DNA of 54,541 bases. Origin: Anaerotignum sp. (lineage in GTDB: Bacteria; Bacillota_I; Bacilli_A; Acholeplasmatales; Anaeroplasmataceae). Location: contig CAVEPF010000125.1 in NCBI GenBank assembly GCA_963617645.1, positions 10,222 through 64,762 of the forward strand, written 5' to 3'. The notes beneath the pieces were generated by a model that searched no databases, was not told the origin of the DNA, and saw only the letters and a program-made list of their open reading frames with translations. Positions 8,003-18,070 of the stretch are shown piece after piece. A program made the translations under genes and the position numbers. The stretch's first letter is position 1; every line of letters begins with the position of its first letter.

Positions 8003-8926
8003 ATGGAATTTAAAACTACTTTAGTTAATGTATTAATGATGATATTTTATATGCTAATAGGTTATGTATTAGCAAAATGTGATAAAGCTTGTGATAAACA
8101 TGCACGTACTATCTCAAGTCTACTTTTATATGTATGTGGACCAGCAATGATTATTAGTGCCTTTTTATCTCTTGAATATAATACAAACGATTTAAAACAA
8201 ATGGGATTATTCTTCATTGTAACTTTAATTTTGCAAATACTAGTTGTTCTAATCTTATATTTATTATTAAGAAGAAAATATGAAGACTCCAAATATAGAG
8301 TACTAACATTTGGAGCAGTATGCGGTAACGTTGGTTTTTTTGGTTTACCTCTAGTTAGAGCAATATTTCCAAACAATCCTATTGTATCTTGTTACTCATC
8401 AGTTTATGTAATGAGTATGAATTTAATTGCTTTTACATTAGGTGTATTTTTAATTACTCAAGATAAGAAATTTGTATCTTTAAAAGCAGCTATTTTAAAT
8501 CCAACAACACTTGCAATAATTGTAGCTCTTCCTCTTTATATATTTAAAGTGAAATTCCCAACAACGATAAATGACACTATTTCTTTACTTGGTAAAATGT
8601 CAACGCCTCTATGTATGATTGTACTAGGATTAAGAATGTCTGCAATGAACGTACTATCAATCTTTAAAAATAAGTTTACTTATATAGCTTGCGTGCTAAA
8701 ACTTATTATATTCCCACTATTTTGTTATCTTTGTGTATATTTTATTCCAGGATTAGATCAAACTTTTAAAGCATGTATTTTAATACTTAGTGCAGCTCCT
8801 AGTGGTGCTATTATATTAAGTTTAGCTGAACTACATCAAACTGAACAAGATTTATGTGCATCGGTAGTACTTATGTGTACAATAGTTTGTACAATCACAA
8901 TACCTGTATTATCATTAATTTTATAA
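8003..8926 (+). CDS. AEC-family (auxin efflux carrier-like) permease
   Basis: 307 aa with about 10 TM segments. The N-terminal and C-terminal halves resemble Mem_trans/AEC transporters. Hairpin terminator at about 8940-8965. Confidence 0.7.
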   Translation: MEFKTTLVNVLMMIFYMLIGYVLAKCDKACDKHARTISSLLLYVCGPAMIISAFLSLEYNTNDLKQMGLFFIVTLILQILVVLILYLLLRRKYEDSKYRVLTFGAVCGNVGFFGLPLVRAIFPNNPIVSCYSSVYVMSMNLIAFTLGVFLITQDKKFVSLKAAILNPTTLAIIVALPLYIFKVKFPTTINDTISLLGKMSTPLCMIVLGLRMSAMNVLSIFKNKFTYIACVLKLIIFPLFCYLCVYFIPGLDQTFKACILILSAAPSGAIILSLAELHQTEQDLCASVVLMCTIVCTITIPVLSLIL

Positions 8927-9011
8927 GTCATATATAATGAAGCTACTTTTGGTAGCTTTTTTATTTGCCAAAACCAATAAAAAAAGATTTTCACAAATTG
9001 CGAAAATCCAT

Positions 9012-9707
9012 TTAAATTGATAAAGCCTTTTTAATATTTGTTGAAATCATGTATCTGCTAGCTGTATTTAGAACTCTACTTAAATTATTTGAAACTTTAA
9101 AGTAATCTAAAACCTCTTTAAGTGTTGCTAAATTTCTTTTCTTATAATTTCTAGAATCTAAGACAGAAAACAAAGCATCTTCATCATAGTTTTTAGCATG
9201 TATTTTTAGAAATTCATATAAATTTTCTAAATTTATAGGATCATAAGAATCTATAATTTCAATTGTTTCTAATAATTCAATAATGTTTCTAATTTTTTCA
9301 TCTTTAAAATCAACATTTAAATATTGAATTTTAATATTAGACATATTTCTAACTGTCTTAATTTCGATTGCGTTTGTATAAATTTCATAAGTATCATTAA
9401 TTTCAGATATAATATTGAAAGATTTCAACATTTTATCTCCAACAATCATACCAGATTTATTTTTATTTATGAAAAAATTTAATAATTTTTCATCACTTGG
9501 TAATTTATCAAAGTTATCAAGATTTGGTTTAAAATAAAGACCTTTAGCAATTTTGCCAATATATTTTTCATTATTTAGGCGAGCAAGAAGTTGATAGAAT
9601 GTAGCTTCTTTAACATTTGTAAAATATTTCAAATATGCTTCTTTCGCAAGAAAAATTTCTTCTTCTTTCAAAGATACAACCCAGTGTTTTATATCTCTCG
9701 TGTACAC
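9012..9707 (-). CDS. Hypothetical protein with an AbiEi/DUF6088-like N-terminal winged-helix domain
   Basis: 231 aa with a GTG start and GAGGTGAG RBS. FYQLLARLNNEKYIGKIAKGLYFKP resembles the AbiEi antitoxin wHTH motif (L.rL...G.i.ri.rGlY). There is no adjacent AbiEii-like nucleotidyltransferase gene. Confidence 0.4.
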   Translation of the reverse strand: MYTRDIKHWVVSLKEEEIFLAKEAYLKYFTNVKEATFYQLLARLNNEKYIGKIAKGLYFKPNLDNFDKLPSDEKLLNFFINKNKSGMIVGDKMLKSFNIISEINDTYEIYTNAIEIKTVRNMSNIKIQYLNVDFKDEKIRNIIELLETIEIIDSYDPINLENLYEFLKIHAKNYDEDALFSVLDSRNYKKRNLATLKEVLDYFKVSNNLSRVLNTASRYMISTNIKKALSI

Positions 9708-9833
9708 ATTCTCACCTCACAACGAAAAGATTATACTAAATAAGAAATATATTGTAAAGAAAAAAATTAAATTGTATGTGTAAGTTTTTATATAAAAAAA
9801 TCAGGAGTTTTTACTTCCTGATTTTGTACACAT

Positions 9834-10097
9834 TTACTTTATTTCTTTATTTTCTTTTTTCTTATGTTTTAAAAATAGAATTTCTACAATAGTACCAGCA
9901 ATTAAAATTATACATCCTACTATTAGACCTAAAATCCACTTTAAATATGCGGGCGCACTTGTATTTTTACCAACTAATATAAATGTCATATATCCATATA
10001 CTATAGCTAATAAAATAGTAAAAATTATGATAGTTTTAAAATAATAGAAATTATCATTAATATCTTGTTTTGTAATTTTATTCAATATTATCACCAA
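9834..10097 (-). CDS. Small hypothetical 2-TM membrane protein
   Basis: 87-aa ORF with an apparent TTG start and two hydrophobic segments. A minus-strand hairpin with a U-run lies just downstream (about 9800-9826). Weak evidence. Confidence 0.35.
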   Translation of the reverse strand: MVIILNKITKQDINDNFYYFKTIIIFTILLAIVYGYMTFILVGKNTSAPAYLKWILGLIVGCIILIAGTIVEILFLKHKKKENKEIK

Positions 10098-10170
10098 GTT
10101 AATTATATCATTAAATTATTTAAAATAAATAAAATTTAGAAAACATATGTTTAAAATCACAAGATATACA

Positions 10171-10193
10171 TAAAAAGCCTAGCAAAAGCTAGG
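10171..10193 (-). terminator. Intrinsic terminator ending the pur operon
   Basis: GCCUAGC-UUUU-GCUAGGC followed by UUUUU on the minus strand, 10 nt after the purB stop codon. Confidence 0.75.
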
Positions 10194-10203
10194 CAATAAT
10201 AAG

Positions 10204-11496
10204 TTATTTTATTTGTAATCTGTTGAAAATATAATCAACATTCTTTAAATAATAATCTAATGTAAAACAAGAATCAATCTCTTCGTTTGTAAGTAAAGAC
10301 TTTATCTTTGCATCTTCTTTAAGTAAATCTTGATATTGTTTCTTTTCTTCTAAAGCACGCATAGCAATAGGTTGAACAGTATCGTAAGCTTCTTCACGAA
10401 CTAAACCCTTTTCAATTAATTTATAAAGAACTCTTTGCGCAAAAATTACTCCACGTGTTAAATAAATATCTTCAATCATTTTTTCAGGATATACTACAAG
10501 TCCTTCTAATACACCTTTGAAACGATTTAACATATAGTCAATTAAACATGTAGCATCAGGTAAAATAATACGTTCAGTTGATGAGTGAGAAATATCACGC
10601 TCATGCCATAATGCAACATTTTCAAAAGAAGTATTCATGTAACCACGAATTACTCTTGCACAGCCACAAATGTTTTCACTTGAAATAGGATTTCTCTTAT
10701 GTGGCATAGCACTTGAACCTTTTTGTCCTTTTGAGAAAGCTTCTTCTGCTTCTTTAACTTCTTGTCTTGCTAAATGTCTTACTTCTAAGGCCATCTTCTC
10801 TAGTTCACTAGCAATTAAAGCTAAACTAGATAAATATCTAGCATGTCTATCACGTTGAATAACTTGAGTAGAAATAAGTGCATAATCAATGCCTAAATCA
10901 TTACATACACTTTCTTCAATTTGTGGAGGAATATTTGCAAAATTACCTACAGCACCGCTTAATTTACCAACCTCAACGCCTTTACTAGCGTTAACAAATT
11001 CTTCTCTAATACGCTTTAAATCAGAATACCATAAAGCCCATTTTAAACCAAAAGAAGTTATATCAGCATGCATACCATGAGTTCTACCGATACATGGAGT
11101 ATATTTAAATTCAATAGCTCTTTTTCTAACAACTTCAATGATATCATCAATATCTTTTAAGATAATTTCGTTAGCACACTTTAATAAATAACCATTAGCT
11201 GTATCAACAACATCAGTACTAGTTAAACCATAGTGAATCCATTTCTTTTCTTCACCTAATGTTTCACCAACAGCACGAGTGAAAGCTACAACATCATGTT
11301 TTGTAACTAATTCAATTTCTTTAATACGCTTAATATCAAAAGTAGCTTTATCAAGTTTAGGTAAATCTTCAGTAGGTACAACACCAAGTTTAGACCATGC
11401 CTTAGCATTTAATAATTCAACTTTTAGATAAGCATTGAACTTATTTTCTTCATTCCAAATATCTCTCATGCATTTTCTTGAATAACGTTCAATCAT
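10204..11496 (-). CDS. purB: Adenylosuccinate lyase
   Basis: 430 aa with the fumarate-lyase family signature SSAMPHKRNP, and a PurB-like N-terminus (MIERYSR..M..IW). Confidence 0.95.
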   Translation of the reverse strand: MIERYSRKCMRDIWNEENKFNAYLKVELLNAKAWSKLGVVPTEDLPKLDKATFDIKRIKEIELVTKHDVVAFTRAVGETLGEEKKWIHYGLTSTDVVDTANGYLLKCANEIILKDIDDIIEVVRKRAIEFKYTPCIGRTHGMHADITSFGLKWALWYSDLKRIREEFVNASKGVEVGKLSGAVGNFANIPPQIEESVCNDLGIDYALISTQVIQRDRHARYLSSLALIASELEKMALEVRHLARQEVKEAEEAFSKGQKGSSAMPHKRNPISSENICGCARVIRGYMNTSFENVALWHERDISHSSTERIILPDATCLIDYMLNRFKGVLEGLVVYPEKMIEDIYLTRGVIFAQRVLYKLIEKGLVREEAYDTVQPIAMRALEEKKQYQDLLKEDAKIKSLLTNEEIDSCFTLDYYLKNVDYIFNRLQIK

Positions 11497-11499
11497 AAA

Positions 11500-12744
11500 T
11501 TACTCCTTAATACTTAAGTGACCAATATCAGATCTATAGAAAAGATTATCACATTTTATTTTTTTAACTTCACATAAAGCCTTATCTCTAGCTTCTTTTA
11601 TAGTTTTACCAAAGCCAACAACAATAAGAACTCTACCACCATTAGTATAGTATAAAGATTCCTTTTTATCTACACCCATAAAGTATACTTTAGCATCAAC
11701 ATTCTCTAAATTTTCAATTAAACTACCTTTTGTATAGTTTAGTGGATATCCTTTAGACGCTAAAACAATTCCAAGTGCATATTCATCTTTCCACTCTAGT
11801 TCTACACTCTTATGGTTAATAATATTATCGAAAGCTTCATATAAATCACTCTTTAAACGAGGAAGTACTACCTCTGTTTCAGGATCACCAAAACGAGCAT
11901 TAAATTCAATAACTTTAATACCATTTTGTGTCTTCATTAATCCACCATATAAAATACCACTAAATGATGCATTTTCTTTAACAAGAGCTTCTGCCATTGG
12001 TTTCATAATATGTTCTAGTGCATATTCTTTATCACTATCAGATATTAAATCAACACTACTATAAGCACCCATTCCACCTGTGTTAGGTCCTAAATCATTA
12101 TCGTATGCGCGTTTATGGTCTTGCGCAATATCAAGTGGATAAACATTTGTGCTATCAACTAAGCACATGAATGAAAATTCAGGTCCTTCTAAACATTCTT
12201 CAACTACTACTTTAGCATTTCCATAAATATCATTAATTAACATGTCTTTTAGTGCATCAACAGCTTCATCTAAAGTTTTAGCTACAACAACACCTTTACC
12301 TTGAGCTAATCCATCATACTTAATAACAATAGGTGCACCTTTTTTTACTACATATTGATAAGCTTCTTCATAATTAGTAAAAGTTTTAAATTCTGCGGTT
12401 GGAATATTATATTTTGCCATTATTTGTTTAGCAAAATCTTTACTAGTTTCAACTTGGCTTGCGGCCTTTGTAGGTCCAAATATCTTTAAACCTTTTTCTT
12501 TAAATAAATCAACAATACCACAAGCTAAACTAGCCTCAGGTCCAACAACTGTCATATCAATATTATTCTTTAATGCAAAATCAGCTAAAGCTTCAACGTC
12601 AGTAACCCTAATATTTACTAAGGTACAATTTTGATATCCAGTATTACCTGGAGCTGCATAAATTTGATCAACATGTTTAGATTCACTTAATTTGTCAATA
12701 ATAGCGTGTTCTCTACCACCATTACCTATTACAAGTACTTTCAT
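11500..12744 (-). CDS. purD: Phosphoribosylamine--glycine ligase
   Basis: 414 aa. MKVLVIGNGGREHAI and an ATP-grasp core (EFNARFGDPE). Confidence 0.95.
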   Translation of the reverse strand: MKVLVIGNGGREHAIIDKLSESKHVDQIYAAPGNTGYQNCTLVNIRVTDVEALADFALKNNIDMTVVGPEASLACGIVDLFKEKGLKIFGPTKAASQVETSKDFAKQIMAKYNIPTAEFKTFTNYEEAYQYVVKKGAPIVIKYDGLAQGKGVVVAKTLDEAVDALKDMLINDIYGNAKVVVEECLEGPEFSFMCLVDSTNVYPLDIAQDHKRAYDNDLGPNTGGMGAYSSVDLISDSDKEYALEHIMKPMAEALVKENASFSGILYGGLMKTQNGIKVIEFNARFGDPETEVVLPRLKSDLYEAFDNIINHKSVELEWKDEYALGIVLASKGYPLNYTKGSLIENLENVDAKVYFMGVDKKESLYYTNGGRVLIVVGFGKTIKEARDKALCEVKKIKCDNLFYRSDIGHLSIKE

Positions 12745-12755
12745 AATAACCTCTA

Positions 12756-14291
12756 TTAATGTTTAAAGTGACGTTGGCCAGTAAATACCATTGAAATTCC
12801 TAGTTCATCACATTTTTTAATGGAATCTTCGTCTCTAATTGAACCGCCTGGTTGAATAATTGCACTTACTCCGTATTTAGCAGCTAATTCAACTGTATCA
12901 TCAAATGGGAAGAAGGCATCACTTGCTAAAACTAATGACTTATGATCATGTTCACTTGCCCAATCAAGCGCAATCTTAGCACTACCAACTCTATTCATTT
13001 GACCAGCACCAATACCACAAGTAGTTTTATCTTTTGCAACTAAAATAGCATTAGATTTAACATGTTTAACACACTTCATTGCAAATTTTAAATCTTCCAT
13101 TTCACTATCTGTTGGAGCCTTTTTAGTTACAACTTTTAAATCTTCATCGTTGTATAAAGAATTATCTAAATTTTGATATAATAAGCCACCATTTACAGTC
13201 AATGCCATATGCTTGTCATTAAAATTATCTGACATATCGACAACCATAATACGGCAATTAGTTTTTTTGCTTAATCTTTCTAAAGCTTCTGCGCTGTAGC
13301 TTGGTGCCATAATGATTTCAAGGAATACTTTCTTCTTCATGATATCTTTAGCTAGAGATTCATCAACTTCCCTATTGAATGCTACAATACCACCATAAAT
13401 TGATACGCTATCAGCATTGTAACACTTATCCCAAGCTTCAAGAATTGTATTAGCACTTGCAACACCACAAGGGTTCATATGCTTTAATCCTATTGCAGTT
13501 GGTTCACTAAATTCTTTAAGTAAATTTAGACATGCGTTTGCATCTTGAATATTATTATATGATAATTCTTTACCTTGAATTTGTTTAGCATGTACAATTG
13601 AATAACTTGTATATGGTCCTTTATATAATGCGGCTTGTTGGTGAGGATTTTCTCCATATCTTAAGCCTTGTTTTAATTCATAAGTTAAGCTTAAAGTTTC
13701 ATTAAATTCTTCATCATTTAATTTAGATAAGTAAGAAGAAATCATAGTATCATAATTAGCTGTTGTTCTAAATACCTTAGCAGCTAATTTTTCTCTTGTC
13801 TTTAATGTTGTATCACCATATTCTTTAATTTCAGCAATAACATTATTAAAGTCCGAATTATCGCAAATTACAGTAACACTTTGATAATTTTTAGCTGCTG
13901 ATCTTAGCATTGATGGACCACCAATATCAATATTTTCGATAGCTTCAGCTAAATCGCAACCTTTTTCAACTGTCTTTTTAAAAGGATATAAATTAACACA
14001 AACTAAATCAATTGGTTTAATATTATGTTCTTTTAATGTATCCATATGTTCTTTTACATCTCTTCTTGCTAGTAGACCACCATGAACAAATGGATGAAGT
14101 GTTTTAACACGTCCGTCTAAAATTTCAGGGAAACCTGTAACATCTTCAATAGAAATAGTTTTTATTCCTGCCTCGTCAAGAACTTTTTTTGTTCCTCCTG
14201 TAGAAATAATTTCATAGTCTAAATTTACTAATTCTTTAGCAAAATCAACTACACCATTTTTATCTGATACACTTATAAGCGCTCTTTTCAT
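12756..14291 (-). CDS. purH: Bifunctional AICAR transformylase / IMP cyclohydrolase
   Basis: 511 aa. MKRALISVSDK, an MGS-like N-domain (GRVKTLHP), and the C-terminal QPGGSIRD...FTGQRHFKH. Confidence 0.95.
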   Translation of the reverse strand: MKRALISVSDKNGVVDFAKELVNLDYEIISTGGTKKVLDEAGIKTISIEDVTGFPEILDGRVKTLHPFVHGGLLARRDVKEHMDTLKEHNIKPIDLVCVNLYPFKKTVEKGCDLAEAIENIDIGGPSMLRSAAKNYQSVTVICDNSDFNNVIAEIKEYGDTTLKTREKLAAKVFRTTANYDTMISSYLSKLNDEEFNETLSLTYELKQGLRYGENPHQQAALYKGPYTSYSIVHAKQIQGKELSYNNIQDANACLNLLKEFSEPTAIGLKHMNPCGVASANTILEAWDKCYNADSVSIYGGIVAFNREVDESLAKDIMKKKVFLEIIMAPSYSAEALERLSKKTNCRIMVVDMSDNFNDKHMALTVNGGLLYQNLDNSLYNDEDLKVVTKKAPTDSEMEDLKFAMKCVKHVKSNAILVAKDKTTCGIGAGQMNRVGSAKIALDWASEHDHKSLVLASDAFFPFDDTVELAAKYGVSAIIQPGGSIRDEDSIKKCDELGISMVFTGQRHFKH

Positions 14292-14863
14292 TTTAATTCT
14301 CCTTTTAAAATTTTATTAACAACAATTGGATATAAATCATGTTCAATATCATGGATTTTAGATTCTAGTTCGTCTACATCATTTCCATAATATTCAATGG
14401 CTTTTTGAGCAATTATTTTACCTCCATCAAGTTCTTTTGAAACATGATGAATTGTAACACCATATACCTTACAACCATAATTAAATGCGTCTAAAATACC
14501 ATGCGCACCTTTAAATGATGGTAATAATGCTGGGTGAATATTTATAATCTTATCGTTAAACGCATCTAATAATACGTTAGTAATAATTTTCATGTAACCT
14601 GCTAAACAAATAAGATCAATATTAAGTGGTGTTAAAATATTAACAATTTCTGACTCATATTCTTCTCTTGTACTATATTTAGTAGCATTAACATATTTAT
14701 AATTTATTCCAAGACGTTTTGCTCGCTCAATAACATAGGCATTCTTTCTATCAACAATTAACATTACAACTTTTGCATCTTCAATAATATTGTTATTGAT
14801 AGCATTAACAATTGCTTCAAAATTAGTGCCATTTCCACTTGCAAATACACAAATATTTTTCAT
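14288..14863 (-). CDS. purN: Phosphoribosylglycinamide formyltransferase
   Basis: MKNICVFASGNGTNFEAI and INIHPALLP motifs. I prefer the ATG at 14861-14863 over the upstream TTG used by the ORF track. ATGA overlap with purH. Confidence 0.9.
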   Translation of the reverse strand: MKNICVFASGNGTNFEAIVNAINNNIIEDAKVVMLIVDRKNAYVIERAKRLGINYKYVNATKYSTREEYESEIVNILTPLNIDLICLAGYMKIITNVLLDAFNDKIINIHPALLPSFKGAHGILDAFNYGCKVYGVTIHHVSKELDGGKIIAQKAIEYYGNDVDELESKIHDIEHDLYPIVVNKILKGELK

Positions 14864-14864
14864 A

Positions 14865-15899
14865 TTATTTAAGTTCAATTTCTACATTACCCTTATCAGT
14901 TACAGAACCAATAACGTAAGATTTTCTATTATATTTAGCAAGTATTTCTTGTGCTTTAGAAACATCTGAGGCATCAATAGCTAAAACCATACCAATACCC
15001 ATATTGTAGATATTAAACATTTCTCTATGGTCAATTTTTCCTTTTGACTCTAAGAACTTAAATACAGGTAAAATAGGCCATGTTCCTTCTTTTACATAAA
15101 TTCCTTGACCAGGAGTTAAAATACGAGGAATATTTTCATCAAATCCTCCACCTGTAATATGAGCAACACCATGAACAGGAAGAGTATGAATTACTTCAAG
15201 GACTTCACGAACATAGATATTAGTAGGTGTAAGTAAAACTTCACCTAAAGTTTTATTTTGATCAAGTTCTGGATAAATAGTATGAAGATCTAGATTTGCA
15301 TCCTTAACGATTTTTCTAACTAAACTAAAGCCATTTGAATGAACACCACTTGATTCAATACCAAGTAAAACATCTCCAACTTTTACCTTAGTTCCATCAA
15401 TTAAGTTTTCCTTATCAACAACACCAGTAGTAAAACCTGCAATATCGTATTCACCATTTTCATACATTCCAGGCATTTCAGCAGTTTCACCGCCTACTAG
15501 AGCACAATTAGCTTGTCTACATCCTTCACTGATACCAGCAACAATAGCTTCTACTTTAGCAGGAATTGTTTTACCTTGAGCTACATAATCTAAGAAAATT
15601 AATGGTTCAGCACCTTGTGCTAAAACATCATTAACACACATTGCTACTGCATCAATACCAATAGTATCATGTTTATCCATTTCAAATGCAATTTTAAGTT
15701 TAGTACCTACACCATCAGTTCCTGATACTAAAATTGGGTTCTTAACGTTTAATTTAGTTAAATCAAACATACCACCAAACGAACCAATATTTCCCATAGA
15801 ACCTAGACGTTCAGTAGATTTTACATGTTTCTTAATTCTTTTAACAACATCATAGCCAGCTTCTAGACTAACACCAGCATTTTCATAATCAATTGCCAT
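14865..15899 (-). CDS. purM: Phosphoribosylformylglycinamidine cyclo-ligase (AIR synthetase)
   Basis: 344 aa. [10 protein letters not shown] and AHITGGG motifs. Confidence 0.95.
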   Translation of the reverse strand: MAIDYENAGVSLEAGYDVVKRIKKHVKSTERLGSMGNIGSFGGMFDLTKLNVKNPILVSGTDGVGTKLKIAFEMDKHDTIGIDAVAMCVNDVLAQGAEPLIFLDYVAQGKTIPAKVEAIVAGISEGCRQANCALVGGETAEMPGMYENGEYDIAGFTTGVVDKENLIDGTKVKVGDVLLGIESSGVHSNGFSLVRKIVKDANLDLHTIYPELDQNKTLGEVLLTPTNIYVREVLEVIHTLPVHGVAHITGGGFDENIPRILTPGQGIYVKEGTWPILPVFKFLESKGKIDHREMFNIYNMGIGMVLAIDASDVSKAQEILAKYNRKSYVIGSVTDKGNVEIELK

Positions 15900-15910
15900 A
15901 ATTTACCTCT

Positions 15911-17317
15911 TTAAAATTTATTATCTTTATTAGCATCATAAATTGATGAATATAATTCAGTAGGATATTTACCTGTAAAACAAGCAGTACATAATTCGTG
16001 ACGTTTTGAAATCTCGAATAAACTCTTCTCTGATAAAAATGCCAAAGAATCTGCCCCTATAATTTGTCTAACTTCTTCAATAGAATGTTGAGCTGAAATT
16101 AATTCTTCATAAGTTGAAATATCTACCCCATAGAAACAAGGTGAAATAATTTGAGGAGAAGCTATACGAACATGAATTTCTTTAGCACCTGCAAGTCTTA
16201 ATTGCTTTATAATCTTTCTACTTGTAGTACCACGTACAATAGAATCATCTATTAAAACAACTTTTTTCCCGTTTACTATAGAACGTACAGGAGATAATTT
16301 CATTCTAACAGCTCTTTCTCTCATTTCTTGACTTGGTTCAATAAATGATCTTCCGACATATTTATTTTTAACAAGTCCCATTTCATATGGAATATGGCTT
16401 TCTTCAGCGTAACCTATAGCAGCACTTAAACTTGAATCAGGAACACCAACAACAATATCAGCTTCTACAGGAGATTCGTGATATAGCCTTCTACCTGCTT
16501 CTTTTCTGAAAGCATGAACATTAGTACCCTCAATATCACTATCAGGGCGACTGAAATAAATATATTCCATAGCACACATATGATGATGTTTATACATAGA
16601 ATAGTCATAAGAATGAATTCCTTCATCATCTATTGCAATAACTTCACCAGGATTAACATCACGAACGAAAGTAGCACCTACAATATCTAGAGCACAAGTT
16701 TCACTAGCAACAACATATCCGTCATTTAATTTACCAATAGATAAAGGACGAAGACCGTATTTATCACGAGTTGCATATAGTCTATCTTTAGTAATAATTA
16801 AGAATGCAAAAGCACCTTCTAGCATATTTAAAGCTCTTATAATTACATCAATACGACTAATTTCAACACTATCTTTTTTGATTAAATGTGCTAATACTTC
16901 ACTATCAGAAGTTGATTGGAAAATTGAGCCATTATCTTCTAAATATTTTCTTAGTTCATTAGAATTTACAAGGTTTCCGTTATGAGCAAGTGCAAAATCT
17001 CCACCATGGTGTCTAAATAAGAATGGTTGAACATTTTCTATTCCACCACCACCAGATGTTGCATAACGTACATGACCAATTCCAGATTTACCTTTTAAAG
17101 TATTTATTTTTTCTTGAGTGAAAATTTCACTAACTAAACCTTCACCTTTAACACGACTAAGTTTGTCATCATTTACGCTTACAATACCGCAACCTTCTTG
17201 ACCTCTATGTTGTAATGCATGAAGACCGAAATAGATAAGTTCACTAGCCTTATCTACTCCGTATACTCCAAATACACCACACTCTTCGTGTAATCCTCTA
17301 AAGATATTAGAATCCAT
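15911..17317 (-). CDS. purF: Amidophosphoribosyltransferase
   Basis: 468 aa. Short propeptide followed by CGVFGV (Ntn cysteine), a PRTase motif VVLIDDSIVRGTT, and C-terminal cysteines for the Fe-S cluster. Confidence 0.95.
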   Translation of the reverse strand: MDSNIFRGLHEECGVFGVYGVDKASELIYFGLHALQHRGQEGCGIVSVNDDKLSRVKGEGLVSEIFTQEKINTLKGKSGIGHVRYATSGGGGIENVQPFLFRHHGGDFALAHNGNLVNSNELRKYLEDNGSIFQSTSDSEVLAHLIKKDSVEISRIDVIIRALNMLEGAFAFLIITKDRLYATRDKYGLRPLSIGKLNDGYVVASETCALDIVGATFVRDVNPGEVIAIDDEGIHSYDYSMYKHHHMCAMEYIYFSRPDSDIEGTNVHAFRKEAGRRLYHESPVEADIVVGVPDSSLSAAIGYAEESHIPYEMGLVKNKYVGRSFIEPSQEMRERAVRMKLSPVRSIVNGKKVVLIDDSIVRGTTSRKIIKQLRLAGAKEIHVRIASPQIISPCFYGVDISTYEELISAQHSIEEVRQIIGADSLAFLSEKSLFEISKRHELCTACFTGKYPTELYSSIYDANKDNKF

Positions 17318-17334
17318 ATAGGGATCCTCCTTTA

Positions 17335-18045
17335 CTATCTATTGCTTAATCTCTTTAAAATTTCTTCGTAAGCTTCAATAACCTTACCAAGATCACGACG
17401 GAATCTATCCTTGTCTAATTTAGCATTAGTTGTAGAATCCCATAAACGGCAAGTATCAGGAGAAATTTCGTCAGCTAAAACGATTTGTCCATCACTAGTC
17501 TTACCAAATTCAATCTTGAAATCAACTAATGTAATGTTGATAGAAGCAAATAACTTCTTTAAAATTTCATTAATTTTTAAAGTTAAATCTTTAACAGTCT
17601 TAAGTTCTTCATAAGTAGCAGCCTTAAGAGCAACTGCATGATCTTCATTAATAAGTGGATCTCCTAGAGCATCGTTCTTGTAGCAAAGTTCAAATACAGT
17701 ATTATCAATATGAGTTCCTTCTTCAATACCTAAACGTTTTGCCATAGAACCTGCAACAATGTTTCTTACGATAACTTCAAGAGGTAAAATAGTAACCTTC
17801 TTGCATAGTTGATCTCTATCATTTAACTTTTCAACAAAGTGAGTAGGAACTCCTTGTTTATGTAATTCATTAAAGATGATAGTAGTAATCTCATTGTTTA
17901 AGATACCCTTATCTTTGATTTGAGCCTTTTTAATACCATTGAATGCAGTAGCATCATCCTTAAAGTGCATTACGATAAGATCCTTATCGTCTGTAGCAAA
18001 AACTTGTTTTGCCTTTCCTTCATATAACATTTCTAATTGTTTCAT
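17335..18045 (-). CDS. purC: SAICAR synthetase
   Basis: 236 aa. [10 protein letters not shown] and [14 protein letters not shown] motifs. Confidence 0.95.
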   Translation of the reverse strand: MKQLEMLYEGKAKQVFATDDKDLIVMHFKDDATAFNGIKKAQIKDKGILNNEITTIIFNELHKQGVPTHFVEKLNDRDQLCKKVTILPLEVIVRNIVAGSMAKRLGIEEGTHIDNTVFELCYKNDALGDPLINEDHAVALKAATYEELKTVKDLTLKINEILKKLFASINITLVDFKIEFGKTSDGQIVLADEISPDTCRLWDSTTNAKLDKDRFRRDLGKVIEAYEEILKRLSNR

Positions 18046-18070
18046 AATAAATTCTCCTTTTGTTTCCTTT

